Shown: positions 25,390-38,546, numbered from the stretch's first letter. The stretch is 64,000 bases of DNA from Octopus bimaculoides (GCF_001194135.2 NC_068981.1:164170400-164234399); one strand, 5' to 3'. Numbers and translations are program-made. The notes: a model not told the origin generated them from the letters alone.

Positions 25390-27545
25390 TTAGATATTGT
25401 TGTATTTCGGGACGGTCGTTTTTTTTTTGGTTTTTTTTCTGCTGAACAAGCACACGCACTATATATTCGTTTTTCACTCGTTTAATACTGCTTTTATTCT
25501 AACTCGTCTCGATTGTCCAGAAATCTTTCGTACCGCATCTGTGACCTCCTCAGCAGCACTTTCTGTCTTCGTGTGTGCTCTCGCTCTGCTTATTCCATTC
25601 TGTTCTTCTATGATGATGTGTACATGTGACTGTGTTTGTCGTTGTTCTTAGTGGCACTTTGACCCTCTCCTCAGTCCCGTCTCCTGACTTGTTGCCGTTG
25701 TTGCTGCCCTTGAACCCGATTTTTTGTACCGTTCTTGTAATTCACTGTGTTTGTGTGTTCACCCACGCTGCTGTCATTACGGTAGCTGTTGTTGTTGCTG
25801 CTGTTGCCATTGTTGTTAGTCGCATTGTTGATTTTGTTGCAGCTGTCTGTGTAGTTACCGTATGTGTGTTTGTGTATGCATATGGGTTCGCTTCTTATGT
25901 TGTTTGTATCCATGCGCTTTGTAACAGTTTTATTTTCATGTCTCTAATTTTTGTTATATTTATCATAGGTGTGTGAATATATGTCTATTGTATGTGTATT
26001 ATGCTGTCTGTAACTGTTTTTTTTTTCTCTCTTCAGTCTTTAGTTGTCATGTTCTGCGATGTGTTGGTGGGTGTTATTGTTCTATTCGTGTTTTCTGTTG
26101 AGGCACGGTCTTTCTATTGCTATGTATGTTGCCTCTGTGATCTGTTTAAGTGTTGTGTCAGTTCCTGTGTGTTGATAATACTTTGACCTCTATGCTATTA
26201 ACTGAGCCTCTGTGTTCTGCTTGAGCATGTTGGTAGAGCACTGACGAGCTTTTCTCTTCTTTGACCTCTTGCCAGTGTTCACCTACACACTCCCCTATAC
26301 TGTGTGCTGTCTCTCCAATATAAGTGGTTGTCATGCTTCTGCACCGTCCCTCAGTACATCGTAAGCTATACATTATATTTCTGATCTTACAGCTAACCTA
26401 TGGGTTCATTATGCGTACAATACAGTTGTTCTGCGTACATGAGGACCTTTCGAAGTGATACGTTCTACAGTTCAGGGATTTTATAGGGGAATCAGGCCTT
26501 TTTACTACTCTAATCCGTAGATTGGCCTTTTCTGATGTTTTTCTAAAAAAAAAGTATGCTAGTTTGCCACCAGAGGTAGCATCAACGAACATGACACTGG
26601 TATTTTTTGTTGTCATACGATGAGTTGGCCTTATCTATCTTTTTTCCGGTCCTTTCTGTGCTGTTCCAGGATTTATTCCTGTATAGCAGGCAGATCCCCT
26701 TTGCATCACTCTCTGCGATGGCGTTGTACTTACCCATGACTCCTTTGTACACTCTAATCCTGTCCCTTTGGACAGAACTGCACGTGGCGGATGAAGTGTT
26801 GTATATGTGTCTTTTCAGTTCCATAGGGTCATGCATGCAAGACACATTCCTTATCACTCTCAAGTCTGCTATAAGTATATTGAACTTGGTGTTGTCCGCA
26901 ATGGCTATGTTCTTGTGAACAAGGTATTTAGAGGCCATGGGTTTGGCATAATGGGAGTGAAGGATCTGAACCTTATTGTGCTTGGTTTCTAACCAGAGTT
27001 CCGTGTCTTAAACTGGTAACCTATATTTGGGGTGCTTGTTAGGGTACTCTGTCGTTACTTTGATATTCTAGTGAATGGAGTAAGCAACTGAGTTAGCTAT
27101 TTGCTAGATACTCTCCATAGTTTTAGCTTCTAGATCATCAACATTGTCTTGTAGGAGTGCTTTGGCTACTATATTGATATCATTCACATAGCGGGAGTAC
27201 ATGGTTAGGTTTATGGAGTTCTCTGCTAAATTCTCTTTGAGTCTCCTATCCCACCATACCATAAATAGGTTAGCCACATCACAAGCGATACTGACACCGA
27301 TGGCTGCACCTTCCACTTGAGTGCATATCTTGTTATTAAACTTAAATATGTGGCCCTTGAGTGTGACCTTGATACTCGCACCTACAGCATTTGCGACCAT
27401 CTTTTTAACCCGTTCATCATTTTCGAGGTTCCGTATAAATCTGGTCCACCCGTCTCATCTCTCTCTAGGGGTCTTCTTAGCCATAGAAGTTATAGTAGGG
27501 GCATACCTCTTACCGATCTAGTGGGGTAGAAACAACTAAGGTCAT
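25390..27545 (-). mobile_element. Penelope-like retroelement (RT + GIY-YIG endonuclease), 5'-truncated, decayed
   Basis: RT: FKFNNKICTQVEGAAIGVSIACDVANLFMVWWDR...YSRYVNDI (YVDD decayed); Cys-rich linker SCTQNNC..VSC; GIY-YIG: IMYSLRC...TYIGETAHS..EH...SVLYQHAQAEH; ACA/CAA-rich 3' tail. Confidence 0.9.
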
Positions 27546-27659
27546 GTTCTCTAAGTAATAATTGTCACATATTAGATAATGTTGTACTAGATAGCCCGAA
27601 ATAGTCACGGCTGGAATGCTTTTAATCAAAAGTCTTCTACCTAAGGTTTGATTTGAGAC

Positions 27660-27870
27660 TGAAAAATAACATTGGTCATTGCTTCAAAGCCAGCAATTTT
27701 GAAGGAGTTGTCTGTCGATTCCATTGACCTCAGCACTTGATTAGCATTTTATTTTATCGATCACCAAAAGATAAAAAAGATAAATCGACCTCGGTGGGAT
27801 TTCAAATCCTAAAGAGCTTGACTGAATACTACAAAGCATATGTCCGACTAATTTAACGACTCTGCCAATT
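27660..27870 (-). mobile_element. SINE family B copy (diverged)
   Basis: TTTTATTTTATCGA.CACCAAAAGAT...TCGACCTCGGTGGGATTT...CGACTCTGCCAATTTGTCG. Confidence 0.7.
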
Positions 27871-28556
27871 TGTCGTCCAAATCATCAGCGAGTAGCGTCT
27901 ACGCCGTTGTTCGACCCACAAGAAATGGTAGCCGAACCTCCTTCAAATTACATGCTGTCATGTTGAAAGACAGAAGCCACCTGGGATAATGTAGTCCTAT
28001 GTACACAACGTACAAAATAAGTGTACGATAGGATGGCCATAGCTGGAAGATCAGTGCTCATTGATGTGTTCAATCAGCAGTTGGTCTGCGATCGAGCAAC
28101 AATAGTAGCGAAAAGACAACAACAAAAGCAACAACATCCAGAACAAACTCATTCTCACTCTGCCAGACATATCTTCATCAATTCCTCCATCCACCCCCAT
28201 CACCTCAGTAATGTCGGTAATGCTAGCCATGGTTTACGACCTTCTTCTGGAAGCAGAGATGTGAGTATGATGGTGATGATAGTGGGGTACAGAAGGCATG
28301 TTGGTAGGGTTGAACGCTTTCTTTCTTTCACCAAACTCTTCCATCTTTTCCCTTTCTTCTTTCGTAGTTTGTTTCCGGTATTTCTTCCTATTTTTGGTGT
28401 TTGGAATTTTGTTTGGTCGCCTCAATGTCTGCAATATTCTTTTTCCTGATAACTATTGGGTTATATGGTTATCTGGTTCATTTTTGGTTAGAGATATATG
28501 ATTGTGTATCATTTATTNNNNNNNNNNATATGTATATATATATGTATATATATAGA

Positions 28557-28897
28557 AGCGTAGGGACGGTTGTGCGGTAAGAGACTTGCTTTCCAGCCAC
28601 ATGGTTCCGGGTTCAGTCCCACTGCGTGTCCCCTTCGGCAAGTGTCTTCTACTATGGCCTTGGGCCGACCATAGCCTTGTGAGTGTATTTGGTAGACAGA
28701 AACTGAAAGAAGCCCGTTGTCTATATACGTGTATGTGTGTGTGTGTGTGTGTGTGTATGTGTGTGTGTGTGTTTGTATATGTTTGTGTGTCTATGTTTGT
28801 CCCCCACCCCACCATCGCTTGGCAACCGATATTGGTGTGTTTAGGAGCCCTTAACTTAGCAGTTCGACACAAGAGGCCGATAGAATAAGTACTAGGC
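28557..28897 (+). mobile_element. SINE family A copy running into a gap
   Basis: CCACATGGTTCCGGGTTCAGTCCCACTGCGTG...GGTAGACAGAAACTGAAAGAAGCCCG...GACCGATAGAATAAGTACTAGGC. Confidence 0.9.
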
Positions 28898-29420
28898 NNN
28901 NNNNNNNNNNNNNNNNNNNNNNNNNNNNNNNNNNNNNNNNNNNNNNNNNNNNNNNNNNNNNNNNNNNNNNNNNNNNNNNNNNNNNNNNNNNNNNNNNNNN
29001 NNNNNNNNNNNNNNNNNNNNNNNNNNNNNNNNNNNNNNNNNNNNNNNNNNNNNNNNNNNNNNNNNNNNNNNNNNNNNNNNNNNNNNNNNNNNNNNNNNNN
29101 NNNNNNNNNNNNNNNNNNNNNNNNNNNNNNNNNNNNNNNNNNNNNNNNNNNNNNNNNNNNNNNNNNNNNNNNNNNNNNNNNNNNNNNNNNNNNNNNNNNN
29201 NNNNNNNNNNNNNNNNNNNNNNNNNNNNNNNNNNNNNNNNNNNNNNNNNNNNNNNNNNNNNNNNNNNNNNNNNNNNNNNNNNNNNNNNNNNNNNNNNNNN
29301 NNNNNNNNNNNNNNNNNNNNNNNNNNNNNNNNNNNNNNNNNNNNNNNNNNNNNNNNNNNNNNNNNNNNNNNNNNNNNNNNNNNNNNNNNNNNNNNNNNNN
29401 NNNNNNNNNNNNNNNNNNNN

Positions 29421-29715
29421 ATAAATTAAGTACCAGTTACGCACTGGGGTCGATATAATCGACTTAATCCGTTTGTCTGTCCTTGTTTGTCCCCTCTGTG
29501 TGTAGCCCCTTGTGGGCAGTAAAGAAATAGGTATTTCCTCTACCGCTACGTTCTGAGTTCAAATTCCGCCGAGGTCGACTTTGCCTTTCATTCTTTCGGG
29601 GTCGATTAAATAAGTACCAGTTACGCACTGGCGTCGATGTAATCGACTTAATCCCTTTGTCTGTCCTTGTTTGTCCCCTCTATGTTTAGCCCCCTGTGGG
29701 CAACAAAGAAATAAA
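29421..29715 (+). mobile_element. Tandem SINE family B units with the long (GTCTGTCCTTG) tail
   Basis: Two consecutive AAGTACCAGTTACGCACTGG.GTCGAT.TAATCGACTTAATCC.TTTGTCTGTCCTTGTTTGTCCCCTCT...AAAGAAATA blocks. Confidence 0.9.
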
Positions 29716-30004
29716 TATCGTTCATTGTAGCTTTAATATAGTAAATTCATGTACACGGTCCGAATGCGAAAGTATGTGAACTTCAACTGCACTGAAGCAG
29801 TTTATTACTACCAAGCTAGGTTAAAATTGATGTTTTCTCAGATGTTTTATAATGTCAAACTGTTTCTAGTGTGATGGTATTTATTGGTTAGAAAAATTAC
29901 TTTTACAGTTAATTCATGAGTTGTATTAACTGTAAAAGTGCATTACAGAGTGCACAAACATAGGCATGACTACACATAGATATGCATATATATGTGTGCG
30001 TGTA

Positions 30005-30037
<33 letters not shown>

Positions 30038-30446
30038 NNNNNNNNNNNNNNNNNNNNNNNNNNNNNNNNNNNNNNNNNNNNNNNNNNNNNNNNNNNNNNN
30101 NNNNNNNNNNNNNNNNNNNNNNNNNNNNNNNNNNNNNNNNNNNNNNNNNNNNNNNNNNNNNNNNNNNNNNNNNNNNNNNNNNNNNNNNNNNNNNNNNNNN
30201 NNNNNNNNNNNNNNNNNNNNNNNNNNNNNNNNNNNNNNNNNNNNNNNNNNNNNNNNNNNNNNNNNNNNNNNNNNNNNNNNNNNNNNNNNNNNNNNNNNNN
30301 NNNNNNNNNNNNNNNNNNNNNNNNNNNNNNNNNNNNNNNNNNNNNNNNNNNNNNNNNNNNNNNNNNNNNNNNNNNNNNNNNNNNNNNNNNNNNNNNNNNN
30401 NNNNACACATACATACATATGCATTTATATACACAGACAATACACA

Positions 30447-30483
<37 letters not shown>

Positions 30484-30589
30484 AAGCATACTAAGAGAAA
30501 AAGTAACGAACGAAGCTAATTCAAAGTGAAAGGGAAATAAAGGGAAAGCCGTATTGTATAGCCATATGCAAACACGCGCACACACACAT

Positions 30590-30591
30590 AG

Positions 30592-30632
<41 letters not shown>

Positions 30633-30712
30633 TACACACACATACACACACAAACACAACTAAGTGGACAGAAGATAAGAAAGTGAGACAAACAGAGAGA
30701 GAGAGAAGGAGA

Positions 30713-30749
<37 letters not shown>

Positions 30750-30752
30750 AGA

Positions 30753-30830
<78 letters not shown>
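30590..30830. repeat. (CA)n and (GA)n microsatellite block
   Basis: Directly visible. Confidence 0.95.
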
Positions 30831-30836
<6 letters not shown>

Positions 30837-32858
30837 TATATGAACTCCCGCCCATGTCTAATTTAATGGAAAAAGAAAGTGGCTGAAACATCGAAGTAAG
30901 GGATATTTCTGCGCTCTATCAGGCAGGCCGTCAGGGAAAAATATCACCAACTAAGATTTAGCTCGAGCCGTATAATTTACCTCTGCTGGCTGAATCTGGT
31001 ATAATTTACGGCTGCAACAAGGTAGCTTAATTAAACTATTCAAATCATCTCCTCCTTATTCAACGAATGATCTGATACTGGAAGCATACAGCTGTGTCAT
31101 TGCGCCACACACACACACACACGCAAGCACGCACACACAGACATACACACATACGACGTAAAGCATATATGCAAATATACACATACAGGTACTTTAGTTG
31201 TTAGCATTAACCGACAATTTTAGCGGAAAAGATAGACAATGCAGTGTTGTGTTTATATTGATTCAACATTATAAGATTCGTAATTTTACTGAGAGGCAAA
31301 ATGTGGAGATGATTATGTGTTCGCAAACAAATATGGTAAAGGGTCCGGGCAATGACTATGCGCTAAAGAAGTTTATTTTACAGTCAGGTTTGATCCCTCT
31401 TTGTGGCATTTTGCAAGAATGTCTTGCTTCTACGATAGCTTCAGTCAATCAAAAACATTGTAAATAAAAGCAGTAATCAGAAGTGTGTGGAAACCCGGTC
31501 ACATGGATTGCACCTCTTGTCTAGTGGCTGACCAGTTTGAGACCACAACTTGGTCTTTGAATTCCTTTAACGAGGTTCACTCTGTTATCTCTCTGATTAC
31601 ATTGATGGTGTGAGATTTTCGAGATTTCTTGATGGGCCGTTTCATACTAGAGTAACCCATATAAGTTACGAATTGTGTCTTCTTTACTTCTCGGAGTAAA
31701 GAAGAGTTTTGCCTTCTCCCCTCTGGTTTTGACAAAATCATTTAAAAAGAATGTCAAGACTTTAGAAGAGATATTGTTAAAAAGACACGGAGAATAGTTA
31801 GGATAATTAGGTCACGAAACGAGAAAACTTCATTTCTCGATCAGATTGGAGTTAAAACCTCTGAGATGCACCTCAAAGAATTTTTCCGATTTGCGACCAG
31901 ATAACTTGATACATCTCAGATATCGTAACCCTTTACTGTCCTGTGTATCACATGTGATATTCAGGTCATATTTCACTGAGTTCATTTATCGGGCATGATA
32001 CACATCCTCTGTTTTGTTTTCAACCACCAGACTAACTTGAGGTTTATGAAAGGAAAACCTAATATTACTCAGAATATATGAAACAGTGGTTAACTAAATG
32101 TCTGAAAACTAGCACCAACGTTTCAGACAAACTTATGAAAATGCTTTTAGCAGGCAAAGTGTTAAGTCGTCTGAGGTTAGTTATACTGTTGATACAATTA
32201 TAATTTTTCGGATTATTAATCTCTGTTAGTCTGAACTCCGGTCGTCATCCAGGTTACTATTCCTAAATTTATAAATAGTACCAGATTGCAATCGAACCTG
32301 GGACATTTATTTCTAAATTTATGAACAGGAAGGCTCTTATCCACTAGACAACTGATGCAGTTCAAGCAAAACTAATCATCATCTAGATGTAGATATTAAA
32401 CCGTTTTTGATCTCTAAAATGAAGTTACTGGTCATGAAATATGATTTGAAATATGGTTTATAAAACAAATATATTTTGCATTGCTTTTCAATCGTATTAC
32501 AATTTGTCTAGCTTTCATTTTTGAAATTATAACTGCTATTTTAAAATCAAGTTTCGGTGCATAAATCACTTGCTAGATCATATCTGGATTTGATATTTCT
32601 TTCTTCTGATTTCATAAATCCCATATGCAATGACTTCTTTGTCATTTCACTAGGATTTTATGGGGGGAAAATAAATCTAGAATAAATGACATAATATTCC
32701 ATATGGAAATATATTAATTGATTCTACTAAGAAAGTATAACCATGCTTAGTCTTAAACAATTTTGGAGATTTAACGCGATGAAGCTGTGAAACGCACAGG
32801 TTCTCTTTAGGGAGCATAACACCAGAGTTCTTTTAAAGCCATGACAGGGAATACATCA

Positions 32859-32914
<56 letters not shown>

Positions 32915-33624
32915 GTCTGTCTGTCTGTCTGTCTGTCTGCCTGTCTGTCTGTCTGTCTGTATGTATGTCCATTGACAGACAGACAGACAGACAGATTATT
33001 AAACCTTTACAAGAAGAAGGGTGATAGTGACTTCGAAATCTTGTCATGATAGCTTTCATTGGATTATACGAAGGCTAGAAGCCGAAAATTCAAAGTCATA
33101 ATTTTTTATAGGATTTTCGGTGAAAGGTATCCTCGAACTGAAAGCCAGTTCCGAATGCTTTTAACAGGTCGTGTTGTTAAGGATCCCTAAATAATCAAAG
33201 GCAAAATTGACCCCTCCAGTGAATCCGTACAAATATCAAGAAACATTTTAAACAACGTTCCAGCGAATATATATGTAGTAATGTCAAGGACTGAAAGAAT
33301 GAGCTCTCCGCCAAGTACATGTCTAACAAGAATGACCGTGATTGAATTTAGGATAAACTTTCACGTCGTTAGGAAAATCCAGGAGAAGCAATGGTGGTGA
33401 GAATGTGTATGAATAGAACAGTGAGGTGAATAAACATTCATTCTCTCATTTTGCTTCTTTTTATCCGGTTCTATTCATAGACATACACATACGTGCGCGC
33501 ACACAGACACAGTAAAAAAAAACGAAGAAAAAAAACAGAGAAAAAAAGTACTAAACAAAAAAATGTGGGGAAATAACACAAGCAATGTATTAATATGATG
33601 CTCGGAGAAAGAAGAGAGTTGTTG

Positions 33625-33657
33625 TTCTACGTTTCGAGAATAGCTCTTCTTCAGAAA
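33625..33657 (-). ncRNA. Ultra-minimal hammerhead-like motif
   Basis: Minus strand TTT-CTGAAGA-a-GAG-ctatt-CTC-GAAA-CG-TA-GAA; core intact, 3-bp stem II, ACGT palindromic helix III, weak 3-bp stem I with G-U. Confidence 0.55.
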
Positions 33658-33744
33658 GAGGAAAAACACGAAAATCCAAAGGTGAAAGAGAGAAGAAGGA
33701 AGTAATATATACTCATATGTATGCACAAGGCCGTAACAGAGGCG

Positions 33745-34036
33745 GGAAGAGATTAAATCGAAGAGGTAAAGGAGTACGTCTACTTAAGGCACACAGTGAA
33801 AATGCGCTGAGGTATGTATGGATGCTGAAATTTCAAGGAGAATAAGAGCAGGATGGAAGGCATTTAAATCAGTAAAGGATGGGATGTGCTCCAAGCAAAA
33901 GCTAGGCAATATCATACATGCCAGTCCCTCCAATTGCACCAATGAGGATAGAACATAGATTAGCTATGACGCAAAAGGCCATGGAAAGGTCCATATTAGG
34001 AACATCAGTAAGAGAGCACATTCGAAAGGAAATAAT
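33745..34036 (+). mobile_element. RTE-clade LINE internal fragment
   Basis: EVKEYVYL.H, AEISRRIRAGWKAFKS and RLAMTQKAMERSILGTSVREHIRKEI (ORF 33918-34100), typical RTE-1/BovB thumb region. Confidence 0.85.
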
Positions 34037-34053
34037 NNNNNNNNNNGCCAGCA

Positions 34054-34096
34054 TTCAGGGACATGTTTCTGAGTCTTTGCTCGTCATCAGCCTGAA
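34054..34096 (-). ncRNA. Minimal type-I hammerhead ribozyme motif
   Basis: Minus strand TTCAGG-CTGATGA-c-GAG-caaaga-CTC-a-GAAA-C-AT-G-TC-CCTGAA: perfect 6-bp stem I, intact core, ACATGT palindromic helix III, GUC triplet. Confidence 0.8.
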
Positions 34097-34488
34097 GTAA
34101 CTTGCCAGCTGGATAGAGAGGCCTGTTTCTCCTTCACAAACTTATGTAAATCATAGTGAAGTTCATTCACTGATCAGCAAAATTAGAAATATGATATTTC
34201 TAAATCTCAGAGAGATTTAAGCAGTAGTGTTTGCCATTATTGTTGTTATTATTGTTGTTTATCTTCTGGTCATACCTAATTGAGTTTTCTTATGACTAAA
34301 GTATTCTATACGTGGCCACCCAACTTTTAATTTTTTTTTAATCCGGCAGGCTGCATTTAGAACTAAATTATCCAATGTGTTATTCCTTTAGTAAGACGGT
34401 AGTCTGTGATGTAACAGTAATTTGGTTATAGTATTCGCTTTTAGAAGAATAGCGCCAAACTTGCTTTAAAACCACAGCTAGGAATACG

Positions 34489-34519
<31 letters not shown>

Positions 34520-34705
34520 TGTATGTATGTATGTATGCATGTGTGTATGTAACGTTTAGTCATATTTAGTCCATACGGCCCTTGGGGCTCCATGTAAGAC
34601 TTTGTTGTTAAGGTTTTAGTGCAATAAACAGGTTATACTTCTACAAAAACTATTTTAACAATTTTTAAATACAATTCCTAATAATATTTAATTATAAAAG
34701 ATATA

Positions 34706-34960
34706 GTGGAGGCGCGTGGCTTAGTGGTTAGAGTGTCAGCATCATGATCGTAAGATTGTGGTTTCGATTCCTGGACCGGGCGACGCGTTGTGTGTTCTTG
34801 AGCAAAACACTTCATTTCACGTTGCTCCAGTCCACTCAGCTGGCAAAAATGAGTAACGCTGCGATGGACTGGCGTCCCGTCCAGCTGGGGAACATACGCC
34901 ATTGAAACCGGGGAACCGGGCCCATGAGCCTGGCTAGGCTTTAAAAGGGCGCATTTATTT
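34706..34960 (+). mobile_element. Full-length tRNA-derived CORE-like SINE (family C) with 15-bp target-site duplication
   Basis: Box A TGGCTTAGTGG, box B GTTTCGATTCC, CORE-like GTGTTCTTGAGCAAAACACTT...CAGCTGGCAAAAATGAGTA; flanked by ATTATAAAAGATATA at 34691-34705 and 34961-34975. Confidence 0.95.
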
Positions 34961-35849
34961 ATTATAAAAGATATAATGGGATTTTTTAAAACATCGAATG
35001 GCTATGGAGGTCCAGTAGAATAAAGTAGGAATCAAACGGGTTCATAGTTACAAAAATGGTTGAGAAACACTGATGTTAAGCTTCTCTCTATCCTCGTCGG
35101 TTCGGCAGCATTGAGATTGAACGATCAGCTATCGATCTCAGCAGAACTTAAAGACGGACGAAATGTCTCTAAACATTTAGCCCGGCGTGCTAACGATTCT
35201 GCCAACTCATCGCCTTCCCAACGACAGAAGTAATAACAATTCTAATAGCATGGCTGCATTCAATAACAGAAACAGTAAAAGGGTAAACGATAATTTTTCA
35301 ACTTTCACTTGTTTCAGTCATTGGACTGCGACCATACTGGTGCAGATTTCCCATATCTCATTGAATGCGAAAGGCTGTTTTCATTGATATGTATTTTAGA
35401 TAATTCATGTTATTATACATACATATACAACTATACCAAGAGCTTTTAAGACTATGATTTCTGTATTATTTTTTTTTTTCTACAAAGTGACGAGTATGTT
35501 TTGATAAATATCATATGCCGACAATAGCTCAAATCTGTAATGGTCATGGTTAGAAGGTATCTTGATCATAGGACTTCTCAAACAGGGATGACCTAGGGCT
35601 AAAAGACAGGAGGCGTTTAAAAAAAAAAATACGACAACGAGGAAATACAAACAAAGAAACAAAATACCAGGTGGCGCCACTGATAAAAATATTTCAGAAG
35701 TGTAATGGCTGTTATATTGTTCTCTGAACTACGATAATGTCCAGTTATGTTGAATATGATGAATTAAAAGCTTACGAAGGAATCTAAGGATAAAAGGATG
35801 GTTGGTGATGGGTGGGTGGGATGAAGAATGTAGGTAGAAAAGAAGAGGG

Positions 35850-36003
35850 AGAGAGGGGGGTAAAGGTGGAAATACATACACATACACACATGCATATATA
35901 TGTGTGGATGTATGAATGTGTGTGTATGTCTGTATATAAACGCACACAAACACACACATATATATATATATTATATAATATATATACATATACACATAGA
36001 CAC

Positions 36004-36069
<66 letters not shown>

Positions 36070-36520
36070 CACAGACATATATACATATATACATACATAC
36101 ATATATTTATACACACGCACAGATATATGCACATACATATACATATACACACACACATATATATATATACAGACAAATACATATACATACACATGTACAC
36201 ACATATATACACGAGCATATAGATTTACCGATAAATATATATGTATAAATATAGTGTATATTATATAATATACATATAGATACATACATATACATACATA
36301 TATATACATATACATATATATATATACATACATATACATTACATATACATATACCTATATATATATATATATATATGTATATACATTACATATACATATA
36401 TATATGTAAAGATACGCGCAGACACACACAGGCACATCCACACACACAAATACCAAGTAAACATAACACATAAATATACACTCACACACGCAGACACATA
36501 CACACACACACATAGAGGTT
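35850..36520. repeat. Long (TA)n/(TACA)n/(CA)n low-complexity tract
   Basis: Directly visible; source of many spurious YI/VC ORFs. Confidence 0.95.
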
Positions 36521-37860
36521 ACAAAAGATTAATTGTCAAGCTAGAGAGAATGGAGAAACGAGCCAAGTGTCATATAACTTCAAACGAATGAAAGTGACGG
36601 TTATAAACGGGTGTCATTTCAAATGATTTTCTCCGGAGCTTTGCCAAGTCAAGTAAAAAAAAAAAAAAAGGAGAAGGGGGGGGATAAGAAAAAAGAAAAG
36701 GAACGAAAGATAATGTAAAGTTAAAATGACGAAAAGGTGAATAAAACAATGCGCGACATCCTTACAGATAGCAAACAGCTTTATACATTCAGATACATAA
36801 TTTTTTCTTCAGTTTTCGAACTAGAAAATCGGGCAACTGGTTGTTGTAGTGTCTATTGATGCTGTTTTTGTCGTTGATGTTCTTCTTGTGATTCTTGTTG
36901 TTGTCATTATTGCCGTTTTTTTGTTTGTTGGTGTCTTTGTTTTTTTTTTCTGTTGTGGTTGTTGTTGTTAAGCCCCAGGTTAGGTCATTATGAGCAAATC
37001 TATGATCTATGATCNNNNNNNNNNNNNNNNNNNNNNNNNNNNNNNNNNNNNNNNNNNNNNNNNNNNNNNNNNNNNNNNNNNNNNNNNNNNNNNNNNNNNN
37101 NNNNNNNNNNNNNNNNNNNNNNNNNNNNNNNNNNNNNNNNNNNNNNNNNNNNNNNNNNNNNNNNNNNNNNNAAAAAAAAAAAAAAAAAAAAACTGCCATT
37201 CAATATTAATGCTGCTTCCGCCAATAATATTTATTTTTAATAAGCTTGGTGACTATTTGCGATATCAGTGACCGAAACGTCACTGTTATTCTATATATCG
37301 TTGGCAGTGAGATTTGGCTGGTGATCGGAAGCCCGTCTGTATGAGAGGCGAATATCGCAGTATTCAGCCTTCTAACAATACATTCGCGTTAAGTAAGATA
37401 TAAAGAATTTTCTTTACCTTTTCGTTTTTCTTTTTTTTTTTTTTTGATGTAATATATATATATATGAAATACTGCATCATCATTCAATGTGCCTTTTATT
37501 TCTTCTGCCATACAGGCTAGTAATGGTCTGTCTAAGTCAAGATGATTTTTTGTATTCTTCTTTTCTACTTCGAGAGTTTAAATGTAGTTACAAAAATATG
37601 TCCTTCTGTTGAAATGAAATTTCAGTAAATTTCTATATCTTTGTGCAAATGAAGATTGCTCTGCATTTTACATTTGATGTAATGTTCACATTGCTTAAAT
37701 GAATGGAGTCGCATGAAACGATCGTACTGCATTAGCTTTGGATATCCTTGTTGCTTATTTTGATTTTAATCACCTTATTTTGTAATTGTATGAATAATAC
37801 CATACTTATTCTGGTGCCTAAACTTAAGTACCATATTCACCTTGAATCCAAATTTGACCA

Positions 37861-37924
<64 letters not shown>

Positions 37925-38073
37925 ATCAACATTTACAAATAGGCATGCGCTGCCACATACGTACGTATTTATGGGTGTCAACCGGTATATTTATTTCATT
38001 TCTAAAAAAATTGATCAAACGTCTTTCAAGTAATCCACGCCTTCTTAGCACAATGCATGCCTGTGTGTTTCTG

Positions 38074-38104
<31 letters not shown>

Positions 38105-38514
38105 ATGTATTCGTGAGTATGCGTAATTGTGCGTGTATGTGTGTGCTTGTGTAATTCTTTTCAATGTCTTTATGCAGTGTGTATGAATCTAATTGAAAGG
38201 CGTGTGCTGAGATTTGTATGACATGTATAATAAGATATATTAAACAGATATTTTTACCACCCGCCGTGAGGCAGAACGTACTGACGATTATTTAGTGATG
38301 TAAGTTGGTGTCTGTTTTCTCTATATATATAAGTAATCGATAGTATATCTCTCTTTCTTTTTCTCCCACTGTATTCACACACGTGCGCGCGCGCTCAAAC
38401 ATACGTACGGTCACATACACATACACAAACATACAGCACTTGCCCGTTTTCACGTCTAGGGTCATGTGAGTATGCATGTATACGTATAACCGCAAATAAA
38501 TGTATATATAAAAT

Positions 38515-38546
<32 letters not shown>

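Noticed and set aside
28081-28260. In-frame 180-bp AG...GTGAGT exon candidate (Q/H-rich)
   Set aside because: Its first half is the decayed tail and CAA tract of a family-D repeat, the polypyrimidine tract is weak, and there is no recognisable domain
35095-35135. TTCGGCAGCA...ATTGAACGAT resembling the U6 5' end
   Set aside because: Short, gapped match overlapping a minus-strand SINE-B; no ACAGAGA box
37266-37285. CAGTGAC-CGAAAC-GTCACTG hairpin containing GAAACGTC
   Set aside because: The CUGANGA core is absent; at most a dead remnant
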